Positions 10,309 through 19,380 of a stretch of 40,161 nucleotides of DNA are shown here, piece by piece. The position numbers and the translations under genes were made by a program. The notes beneath the pieces were generated by a model. The model saw only the letters and a list, made by a program, of their open reading frames with translations, had not been told where the DNA came from and made no database searches. Source of the stretch: Tubiluchus corallicola (taxonomy: Eukaryota; Animalia; Priapulida); assembly GCA_030141605.1 (NCBI GenBank), contig JAQGDQ010001457.1:1-40161 (forward strand), given 5' to 3'. The stretch's first letter is position 1; the number at the start of each line of letters is the position of its first letter.

Positions 10309-13300
10309 CTCTCGACTTGCTGCTGCAAGACATCTGTTTTGGCTTCAGAAGACTCTTTGACCAGAACATAATTATTTACTGACACGTTGTGTACTTTGCT
10401 GCCCGCTATAGGCCCATTCAACGTCCACCCCAGCTTCGTCTTAACAGCATAAGGAGCGTTTACAGGACCACGTCTAACTTGCAGAGGGGCCAAGGCATCA
10501 GGTACGTCAAGACCGATTAGTAAGCTTAGGTCTTCATCTTGTCCGTGATACTCAACTAAAGATGACGCTATCTCTTTCAAGTGCGGCCATTTTTGAACAT
10601 CTGCGACTGATGCCAAGCATTCTGTATCTAGCATCAGTGACTGTCGAACAAAAACATGAGGCAACATGATTCTGTTTTCACCAATGCTGTCCGTAACAAC
10701 GAAACTTGTAACTAAAGTGTCTGCTTTACTTTGGCGTTTCTCGATTGTGGTTAGGGTAAGAACATCCTCTTTTCCTTCAGCACTTATGCTGTCAAACAGC
10801 TTCCTGGAACAAAACGTGTTTGTAGATCCAGGATCTAACAAAGCCATGGCTTCAACTGGCTTTCTTCCATGTACATGTACTTGAACTTTGACCATAGGCA
10901 ATGCTATCCTCTTTCCTTTAGAACTGCCCCTATTTGCACAGCTTGTAGCTTCAGTCTCGTCTTTTCTTTGCTGCTCATCCCTGGCAAGCCTATTAACATC
11001 TGAAGAAGAACTGCTCAGCCTTCCCACTGCATCGTGCAATAAAGCTGAATGCTTCTTGTTGCATTCATTAACACTACAAGACGGTTTGAAACATCTAGCT
11101 GCTCTATGTTTTCCTTTCGCCAAACAATTAAAGCAGAGGCGTTCCTTACGCACGAACATCAACTTAGCTGGGGTGTCCATAGCTGCAAAAGCTTCACACT
11201 GTCCAAGAGAAGAATGCTCATTTGAGCTGCAAAATATGCAAACTTTCTTGCAAAATTGGGCGCTTTTGGTTTGCGGCTTTTCTTGATTTGCTTTCGCCTT
11301 GCCATTGTTTGCTTGAACTTGAGGTGCTTTAGCAGAGGTGGCATAATTTTTGGCAGAGATGCTTCGTTTAGGTTTTTCCCAATCGCCGAGGCTACCATAC
11401 ACAGGGTGGTTCATTTTTTCAGCATTTTCCTGAATGAATGTTAGCAAATCATAAATACATGGGTTTCTGATTTCATGTTTTCCTATCCTGGACACCACGT
11501 CTTTCCATTTATCATGGAATTTGTATGGCAGTTTTTTAACAATCTGAACGAGACTTGTCTGTGTATTAATTTCGCTGAGATTATTCATTGCTTTCAACGT
11601 CTCGACACAGCTTAAAAGCAAGTCAGCAAATTCTCGCAGCTTCTCGTTGTCATTGGCCTTGATTTGGTCAAACTCGATTATTTTTGACATCCAAGCCTGA
11701 GTAACCATAAACGAAGAGCCGAACCTGTCGATGAGTAACTGCTTTGCATGCTTGTATGCTCGACTGGGGTCCATGTAGCTACAACTTTCCACAACTTTTT
11801 TGGCTTTTCCAGTGCAAAATTGCATTAATCTCTGAAACCTTGCAGCCTCATCTTGTGTGTAGCTCTCGACGTTGGCTTCAAAACGTCGCATGAATTGCCA
11901 AAAGTTTAGAACGTTACCATCAAATTTGTCCAACTCCGCTATTGGAAGTTGCATTGCTTTGTACATGTTGGTATGTTGACGTTGTGCTTCAAGCATGATG
12001 TTCATAATCATAGCCATGTCATTGCTCTGTGGATGGCATTGATTAGGCATGTCGCTTAAATTATCAGTACAAATGGTAGGTTGAGTAGAATTAAAGGCAT
12101 AACTATTCTCGCGCGGTATATTACTGCCATGCGCTAGTGGAATAAAAGCAGACGCTGATGCATTCAGACACTGATTTCCAGAACTTGGATGCTGCATAGG
12201 CAAACGAATATTTTTGTTTTCCAGCAGTGGCCTAACGTCAGTATCAAAGATCTGTATCCACTTGTTCATTATGTCGAATTCATAACCTTTTTTGCCAACA
12301 GGTGGCGCCACGTGAGCTGTATGCGAATCGTGTTCAATATAGTGCCATGGTTTATGTTGACCTAAAAAATGAGCAATTTTTACATTTTTCCCAAATTGCA
12401 TTAAAGCTGGTAAATATTCGTACCGACCCTGAATGACAGCATTATAAGTGAATGGCAAATGTTTTTCATAACTAGTTGACCAGTCTTTAAAAAACTGATT
12501 CAATAATCCTTGGTCCCCACCATCAAAAGTACAGGATTCTGATTTAGCATACAACATTAACTTATTATACATATCAATACTTGGTTTGTAAACAAACACA
12601 CCAGAGTTAAAGCAATCTGGCCAGCCTACATCAGGGGCAGCTGAAAGCCCTTTAAATCTAAACATGTCATCAACATTATCTAATACAATTGTATCAGAAT
12701 CTACAAATACACATTTGCTAAATTGTGTCAACCTCCAACAATGTAGCTTAGTAAAACTCACATTAAGTTCTGGTCTTCCTAACAATTGTAACCTTTTAAA
12801 CTCATGACTATCAATAATACTGACATGTTCAACCAAATCAAATGCATTTCTCAAAAGTGTCATAATATCACAAGAAATACCCTCTGTTACCATGATGACT
12901 AAGCATCTCATTGTTCCTGTGCGACGCAAACTAGAAGCAAGAACAAGTGCTCCCAACGCATACTTATCAGTAGTTGCTAAAGTAACAAAGGCCTCAGACA
13001 AGTAATTCTCATCGCTTTCGCGTGTAGTTTGTGTATGTTTAATTGTCGGATCCGTGTATGTTGACCTTGACCTTAGCCATGCTTTGACCTTTGAGTCTGA
13101 TGTTCCATGGTCCACTAACCTGGTCCCAACATCAGCTGCAGAACCAAAGCTGTCTTCATCACGTTCATCTTCAGAACTACACTCATTCTGCATGCGTTCA
13201 TGTCGTATTCTCATCGCTTGGAGTTTGAGTTCTTGTTCTTTAATCATGAGCTCTTGGTTTCTTAGCTTGGCACTCTTCTTCGATGACGTCACACTCGAGG

Positions 13301-13556
13301 ATTTGGTGGACTTTTCGCTCCTACGTTTCTCTTGCATGGGTTGGTCAGTTGCTATTGAGGGTGGCGATAAATCAGCTGATTCATCTGGAGCGCCTGGTAT
13401 ACAAGGACCGGTTTCCTGTTGCTTCAAAATTCGTTGCACTAAATTTGCCTTGTTGCCAGAAACCGACAAAGACATACTACGAAGAATTTGCCTCAGCTCC
13501 TCAACTACTTTATTTTCCAGTTCGCTTTTAGTGAATAACACTGATGCCATTTTCAC
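10254..13556 (-). CDS. gag: Gag-protease part of the polyprotein: SAP, coiled/acidic linker, glycogenin GT8 domain, PAM2-like motif, DUF1759 Gag core, 3 Zn knuckles, aspartic protease
   Basis: Uninterrupted 1100-aa ORF starting about 250 nt inside the 5' LTR boundary. Motifs include LPIAELDKFDGN..FW.F..RF, CIFC..H..C / CFNC..H..C / C..C..H..H, ALLDPGS and AVKTKLGWTLNGP. The last ~10 codons are out of frame. Confidence 0.96.
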   Translation of the reverse strand: MKMASVLFTKSELENKVVEELRQILRSMSLSVSGNKANLVQRILKQQETGPCIPGAPDESADLSPPSIATDQPMQEKRRSEKSTKSSSVTSSKKSAKLRNQELMIKEQELKLQAMRIRHERMQNECSSEDERDEDSFGSAADVGTRLVDHGTSDSKVKAWLRSRSTYTDPTIKHTQTTRESDENYLSEAFVTLATTDKYALGALVLASSLRRTGTMRCLVIMVTEGISCDIMTLLRNAFDLVEHVSIIDSHEFKRLQLLGRPELNVSFTKLHCWRLTQFSKCVFVDSDTIVLDNVDDMFRFKGLSAAPDVGWPDCFNSGVFVYKPSIDMYNKLMLYAKSESCTFDGGDQGLLNQFFKDWSTSYEKHLPFTYNAVIQGRYEYLPALMQFGKNVKIAHFLGQHKPWHYIEHDSHTAHVAPPVGKKGYEFDIMNKWIQIFDTDVRPLLENKNIRLPMQHPSSGNQCLNASASAFIPLAHGSNIPRENSYAFNSTQPTICTDNLSDMPNQCHPQSNDMAMIMNIMLEAQRQHTNMYKAMQLPIAELDKFDGNVLNFWQFMRRFEANVESYTQDEAARFQRLMQFCTGKAKKVVESCSYMDPSRAYKHAKQLLIDRFGSSFMVTQAWMSKIIEFDQIKANDNEKLREFADLLLSCVETLKAMNNLSEINTQTSLVQIVKKLPYKFHDKWKDVVSRIGKHEIRNPCIYDLLTFIQENAEKMNHPVYGSLGDWEKPKRSISAKNYATSAKAPQVQANNGKAKANQEKPQTKSAQFCKKVCIFCSSNEHSSLGQCEAFAAMDTPAKLMFVRKERLCFNCLAKGKHRAARCFKPSCSVNECNKKHSALLHDAVGRLSSSSSDVNRLARDEQQRKDETEATSCANRGSSKGKRIALPMVKVQVHVHGRKPVEAMALLDPGSTNTFCSRKLFDSISAEGKEDVLTLTTIEKRQSKADTLVTSFVVTDSIGENRIMLPHVFVRQSLMLDTECLASVADVQKWPHLKEIASSLVEYHGQDEDLSLLIGLDVPDALAPLQVRRGPVNAPYAVKTKLGWTLNGPIAGSKVHNVSVNNYVLVKESSEAKTDVLQQQVERCWKIDSVWMMSSILEKR
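10400..10910 (-). other. Retropepsin-type aspartic protease domain
   Basis: LPMVKV..AMALLDPGSTNTF (catalytic Asp codon 10833..10835), LLIGLD, AVKTKLGW. Confidence 0.88.
11034..11240 (-). other. Triple Cys/His zinc-knuckle (nucleocapsid) region typical of BEL/Pao
   Basis: CIFCSSNEHSSLGQC, CFNCLAKGKHRAARC, CSVNECNKKHSALLH. Confidence 0.93.
11390..11950 (-). other. Gag core (DUF1759-like)
   Basis: LPIAELDKFDGNVLNFWQFMRRFE...LMQFCTGKAK..V...AY..AK.LL..RFG...IVKKLP....KW...HPVYG. Confidence 0.9.
12222..13001 (-). other. GYG: Glycogenin (glycosyltransferase family 8) catalytic domain embedded in Gag, aa 186-445
   Basis: Colinear with animal glycogenin-1 as recalled: EAFVTLATTDKYALGALVLASSL, RPELNVSFTKLHCWRLTQFSKCVFVDSDT, LSAAPDVGWPDCFNSGVFVY, FDGGDQGLLNQFF, KHLPFTYN, YEYLPA, KIAHFLGQHKPW, W..IF...V.PLL. 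Confidence 0.96.
13416..13520 (-). other. SAP (SAF-A/B, Acinus, PIAS) nucleic-acid-binding motif at the Gag N-terminus
   Basis: LENKVVEELRQILRSMSLSVSGNKANLVQRIL fits the SAP consensus L..L.V.EL+..L+..GL..SG.K..L+.RL. Confidence 0.85.
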
Positions 13557-13809
13557 TTGAAATTAAATTGCTCTTAGTGTCAATTTTGCAAAAAATTTAG
13601 GATCACTTTTCAAGACCGAAGCGCCATCTATTGCCCATTAGCTGACGTGTCCAAGTTCACAGAGTTCATGCAGCTTTACCTGTAGAAACCAGCTACGCTG
13701 TAGAAGCCCATAATGAGCAAAGCTATCAGGTAAGCATGTCAAACTTCCTGCACCTGAACCAGGTCACTGCTTAATGGCAACTTGAAACTCCCGGCGAGGT
13801 ATATAAAAC

Positions 13810-14231
13810 TGTACTACATTTAAACTCCAGAACATCAAATGTTTAACATGCAGCAATTGTCGTTTTTTCTGTAATAATAAATTACAGCAATAAGTTTTCA
13901 ATGAAAAAGATAAGTTTGATAAAGGTACATTACGAAATTAGCTAACGTGATTATCGTCTATAATTGTACAAAAAAATGACAGCTAAATTGTTCTAATAGC
14001 ATAAAGTAGTTCAATAAACATAATTAGACACTTACATGTGGTCTCCCTGAGTTTTGGCACTTATAACTTGCAAGAAAAAACAATAAGAAATCAACAACAA
14101 CATTCACATCATATCAATTGAATTGCATGTCAGGTAATGTCTACCTGGCCAACTACCTGGTCACATGACTGATGACAGTTAAAGGGGCAAGACCAAATTT
14201 AATAGGTAGGGAAACGTGTATGTGCTTAACA
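13810..14231 (-). repeat. 5' LTR (422 bp)
   Basis: Direct repeat of 6491..6912 with TGT...ACA termini, upstream of gag on the minus strand. Confidence 0.97.
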
Positions 14232-14552
14232 CTGCGGGATGGGAAAGCCACGCATCTGTCCTTCAACAAGTGCATGAGTTGGAAACTAGGTTGAATAGGT
14301 ACTGTAAGTACTGCAGGATGGGAAAGCCATGCATCTGTCCATCAACAAGTGCATAAGTTGGAAACTAGGTTGAATAGGTACTGTAAGTACTGCAGGATGG
14401 GAAAGCCACGCATCTGTCCTACAACAAGTGCATAAGTTGGAAACTAGGTTGAATAGGTACTGTAAGTACTGCAGGATGGGAAAGCCATGCATCTGTCCAT
14501 CAACAAGTGCATAAGTTGGAAACTAGGTTGAATAGGTACTGTAAGTACTGCA
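14232..14552. repeat. 79-bp tandem repeat, 4 copies plus 5 bp
   Basis: CTGC(A/G)GGATGGGAAAGCCA...GGTACTGTAAGTA starts at 14232, 14311, 14390 and 14469, with a partial at 14548. Confidence 0.97.
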
Positions 14553-14968
14553 ATGTAGACAGGAACAATGAAAATGAGCTTAAAGAATTTTTCAAAATTG
14601 TAACACTTTTTTATGGTTTTGCACAAATTAGTGTGATTTCTTATTCATAAAGTCTCGAAATATTATAACAAGTTTCAGTTTGGATTTTCGGAATTACAGG
14701 GTCTGTTATACATCAAAAGATTTATAATTAAGCATCTCTTTTGTGCAAGAGCAGCACCTCTTAAAAGATTTGCTTTTCTGTGTTTTGCGTTATCAAAATA
14801 ATTTTGCCAAATGTTATCATACCAACTTTGCGGTCGTAGAACAGGTCTAATTAGGCTAACCTTACACGCTCAACGATATGAAAAGCTTTGAAACAGCACA
14901 GGTTTTAGTGATTCGTAGAGTGAAGAAATAAAATTTTTTCCCAAAAAATACAGAAAAAATTCCGAAGA

Positions 14969-17900
14969 AAATCTATTGTCAGTTATTGCTGAGATTAAGT
15001 TATTAAAATATCTTTTTTTCTTGAAGTTTGTAATGACTCTGCGCTAAACTAGTACAGCTAAACGAATCAGCTTAGCGCGATCTTTGCGCAGTTTTTGCGC
15101 GATCTTTGCGCAGTTTTTGCGCAATCTTTGCACAGTTTTTGCGCAATCTTTATGCAGTTTTTGCGCGATATTTGCACAGTTTTTGCGCGATCCTTTGCAC
15201 AGTTTTTGCGCAGTTTTTGCGCAATCTTTGCGCAGTTTTTGCACGATCTTTGCGCAGTTTTTGCCCGATCTTTGCACAGTTTTTGCGCGATCTTTGCACA
15301 GTTTTTGCGCAGTATTTGCGCAATCTTTCCGCAGTTTTTGCGAGATCTTTGCGCAGTTTTTGCGCAATCTAGCGCAATTTTTTGCGGGATCTTTGCGCAG
15401 TTTTTGCGCAATCTAGCGCAATTGTTGCGCGATGTTTGCACAGTTTTTGCGTGATCTTTGCACAGTTTTTGCGCGATGTTTGCACAGTTTTTGCGCGATG
15501 TTTGCACAGTTTTTGCGCGATCTTTACCCAGTTTTTGCGGGAGTTCTTGACGGAAAATTTCTATTGTCAGTTATTGCTGAGATTAAGTTATTAAAATATC
15601 TTTTTTTCTTGAAGTTTGTAATGACTCTGCGCTAAACTAGTACAGCTAAACGAATCAGCTTTGCGCGATCTTTGCGCAGTTTTTGCGCGATCTTTGCGCA
15701 GTTTTTGCGGGATCTTTGCACAGTTTTTGCGCAATCTTTATGCAGTTTTTGCGCGATATTTGCACAGTTTTTGCGCGATCTTGCGCAGTTTTTGCGCAAT
15801 CTTTGCGCAGTTTTTGCTCGATCTTTGCGCAGTTTTTGCCCGATCTTTGCACAGTTTTTGCGCGATCTTTGCACAGTTTTTGCGCAGTATTTGCGCAATC
15901 TTTGCACAGTTTTTGCGCAGTTTTTGCGGGATCTTTGCGCAGTTTTTGCGCAATCTAGCGCAATTTTTGCGCGTTGTTTGCACAGTTTTTGCGTGATCTT
16001 TGCACAGTTTTTGCGCGATGTTTGCACAGTTTTTGCGCGATCTTTACCCAGTTTTTGCGGGAGTTCTTGACGGAAAATTTCTAGTGAGTGTGAACGTTGG
16101 GCAGAGCTAAACAGTTGCTAAATGTACCGTCTGGCATTTCACCATGACAAATTCCTGTCGCTTTGATAGGAATCATATCCTTGAAGTTTGTTATGACTGC
16201 GCTAAACTAGTACAGCTAAACGAATCAGCTTTGCGCGATCTTTGCGCAGTTTTTGCGCAATCTTTGCGCAGTTTTTGCGCAATCTTTGCACAGTTTTTGC
16301 GCAATCTTTATGCAGTTTTTGCGCGATATTTGCACAGTTTTTGCGCGATCCTTTGCACAGTTTTTGCACAGTTTTTGCGCGATCTTGCGCAGTTTTTGCG
16401 CAATCTTTGCGCAGTTTTTGCGGGATCTTTGCGCAGTTTTTGTGCAATCTAGCGCAATTTTTGCGCGATGTTTGCACAGTTTTTGCGTGATCTTTGCACA
16501 GTTTTTGCGCGATGTTTGCACAGTTTTTGCGCGATGTTTGCACAGTTTTTGCGCGATCTTTACCCAGTTTTTGCGGGAGTTCTTGCGGAATTTCTTTGTA
16601 GTTATTGCTGGATTGTTATTAAATTTTTTTTCTTGAAGTTTGTAATGACTCTGTGCTAAACTGTCAGCTAAACGTCAGCTTAGCGTGATCTTTGCGCAGT
16701 TTTGCGCGATCTTTCGCAGTTTTGCGCAGTTTTTGCGCGATCTTTGCACAGTTTTTGCGCGATCTTTTTGCAGTTTTTGCGATCTTTGCACAGTTTTTGC
16801 GCGATCTTTGCACAGTTTTTGCGCGATCTTTGCGCAGTTTTTGCGCAATCTTTGTGCAGTTTTTGCGCGATCTTTGCACAGTTTTTGCACAATCTTTTTG
16901 CAGTTTTTGCGCAATCTTTGCACAGTTTTTGCGAGACCTTTGCACAGTTTTTGCGCGATCTTTGCAGTTTTTGCGCGATCTTTGCACAGTTTTTGCGCGA
17001 TCTTTGCGCAGTTTTTGCGCGATCTTTGTGCAGTTTTTGCGCGATCTTTGCACAGTTTTTGCGTGATCTTTGCACAGTTTTTGCGCGATCTTTGCACAGT
17101 TTTTGCGCGATGTTTGCACAGTTTTTGCGCGATCTTTACCCAGTTTTTGCGGGAGTTCTTGACGGAAAATTTCTATTGTCAGTTATTGCTGAGATTAAGT
17201 TATTAAAATATCTTTTTTCTTGAAGTTTGTAATGACTCTGCGCTAAATGATCTTTGCGCAGTTTTTGCGGATCTTTGCAGTTTTGTGCGATTTTGCGCAG
17301 TTTTGCGCAATCTTTGCACAGTTTTGGGTTTTTGGGTTTTGGTTTTGGGTTTTGGTTTGTTTTGGTTTGTTTTTGCACGATCTTTGCGCAGTTTTTGCCC
17401 GATCTTTGCATTTTGCGCGATCTTTACAGTTTTGCGCGAGTATTTGCGCAATCTTTGCGGTTTTTGACTCTTTGCGCAGTTTTTGCGCAATCTTTGCACA
17501 GTTTTTGCGGGATCTTTGCGCAGTTTTTGCGCAATCTAGCGCAATTTTGCGCGATGTTTACTGTTTTTGCGTGATCTTTGCACAGTTTTTGCGCGATGTT
17601 TGCACAGTTTTTGTGCGATCTTCCAGTTTTGCGGGAGTTCTTGACGGAAAATTTCTAGTGAGTGTGAACGTTGGGCAGAGCTAAACAGTTGCTAAATGTA
17701 CCGTCTGGATTTCACCATGACAAATTCCTGTCGCTTTGATAGGAATCATATCCTTGAAGTTTGTAATGACTCTGCGCTAAACTAATACAGCTAAACGAAT
17801 CAGCTTAGCGCAATCTTTGCGCAGTTTTTGCGCGATCTTTGCGCAGTTTTTGCGCGATCTTTGCGCAGTTTTTGCGCAATCTTTGTGCAGTTTTTGCGCA

Positions 17901-19380
17901 ATCTTTGCACAGTTTTTGCGCGATCTTTGCACAGTTTTTGCGCAATCTTTGCGCAGTTTTTGCGCAGTTTTTGCGCGATCTTTGCACAGTTTTTGCGCGA
18001 TCTTTGCGCAGTTTTTGCTCGATCTTTGCAGTTTTTGCGCGATCTTTGCACAGTTTTTGCGCAGTATTTGCGCAATCTTTGCACAGTTTTTGCGCACTCT
18101 TTGCGCAGTTTTTGCGCAATCTTTGCACAGTTTTTGCGGGATCTTTGCGCAGTTTTTGCGAAATCTTTGCGCAATTTTTGCGCGATGTTTGCACAGTTTT
18201 TGCGTGATCTTTGCACAGTTTTTGCGCGATGTTTGCACAGTTTTTGCGCGATCTTTGCCCAGTTTTTGCGGGAGTTCTTGACGGAAAATTTCTAGTGAGT
18301 GTGAACGTTGGGCAGAGCTAAACAGTTGCTAAATGTACCGTCTGGCATTTCACCATGACAAATTCCTGTCGCTTTGATAGGAATCATATCCTTGAAGTTT
18401 GTTATGACTGCGCTAAACTAGTACAGCTAAACGAACCAGCTTTGGGCGATCGTTGCACAGTTTTTGCGCGATCTTTGCACAGTTTTGGCGCAATCTTTAT
18501 GCAGTTTTTGCGCGATCCTTGCACAATTTTTGCGCAATCTTTGCACAGTTTTTGCGCGATCTTTGCACAGTTTTTGCGCAGTTTTTGCGCGATCTTTGTG
18601 CAGTTTTTGCGCGATCTTTGCACAGTTTTTGCGCGATCTTTGCACAGTTTTTGCACAGTTTGTGCACGATCTTTGTGCAGTTTTTGCGCGATCTTTGCAC
18701 AGTTTTTGCGCGATCTTTGCACAGTTTTTGCGCGATCTTTGCGCAGTTTTTGCGGGATCTTTGCGCGATCTTTGCGCAGTTTTTGCGGGATCTTTGCGCG
18801 ATATTTGCGCAGTTTTTGCGCAATCTTTGTGCAGTTTTTGCGTGATCTTTGTGCAGTTTTTGCGCGATCTTTGCACAGTTTTTGCGCGATCTTTTTGCGC
18901 AGTTTTTTGCGCGATCTTTCCACAATTTTTGCGCAAGCTTTGCACAGTTTTTGCGCGATCTTTTTGCACAGTTTTTGCGCTGTTTTTGCGCAATCTTTGC
19001 GCAGTTTTTGCGCGATCTTCGCACAGTTTTTGCGCAGTTTTTGCGTGATCTTTGTGCAGTTTTTGCGCGATCTTTGCACAGTTTTTGCGCGATCTTTGCA
19101 CAGTTTTTGCGCAGTTTTTGCGTGATCTTTGTGCAGTTTTTGCGCGATCTTTGCACAGTTTTTGCGCGATCTTTGCACAGTTTTTGCGCGATCTTTGCGC
19201 AGTTTTTGCGCGATCTTTGCACAATTTTTGCTCAATCTTTACGCAGTTTTTGCGGGAGTTCTTGATGGAAAATTTCTAGTGAGTGTGAACGTTGGGCAGA
19301 GCTAAACAGTTGCTAAACGTACCATCTGGCATTTCACCATGACAAATTCCTATCGCTTTCATAGGAATCATATCCTTGAA
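14969..19380. repeat. Composite satellite: 7 blocks of a 22-bp (2x11) repeat GATCTTTGC(G/A)CAGTTTTTGCGC separated by two types of ~100-175-bp linker
   Basis: Blocks at about 15074-15540, 15661-16058, 16231-16575, 16681-17151, 17249-17632, 17807-18270 and 18442-19253. All linkers begin GGGAGTTCTTG; linker order is A,B,A,A,B,B. Confidence 0.96.

Larger units (their letters stand above)
6491..14231 (-). mobile_element. Full-length BEL/Pao LTR retrotransposon carrying a captured glycogenin domain
   Basis: Paired 422-bp direct repeats with TGT...ACA ends, a PPT, and the domain order Gag(DUF1759)-three Cys/His knuckles-PR-RT(YVDD)-RNaseH-IN-DUF5641, which is diagnostic of BEL/Pao. Confidence 0.98.

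Noticed and set aside
12222-13001. Interpretation as the host glycogenin gene or a separate processed pseudogene
   Set aside because: It is in frame with Gag on both sides and inside the LTRs, with no own stop codon, poly(A) tail, TSD or C-terminal tail.
6897-13560. Plus-strand ORFs antisense to gag-pol (e.g. 13054..13560, 10888..11286, 9200..9514)
   Set aside because: Shadow ORFs of a long coding strand with no motifs.
13618-13640. CTCF-like motif (CAATAGATGGCGC on the minus strand) in the element leader
   Set aside because: Short degenerate match; similar words occur elsewhere in the window and cannot be supported without a PWM scan or ChIP.
17321-17375. Telomere-like TTTTGGG/TTTTGG run
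   Set aside because: It is irregular, only ~55 bp, and keeps the T-tract rhythm of the satellite. It lies in a stretch (about 16600-17640) with many scattered single-base indels, so a base-calling or consensus artefact is more likely; raw reads would decide.
14969-19380. CRISPR-like alternation of conserved linkers and variable blocks (also considered for the 75- and 79-bp arrays)
   Set aside because: The 'spacers' are satellite repeats rather than unique sequences, lengths are wrong, there are no cas genes, and the context is eukaryotic.
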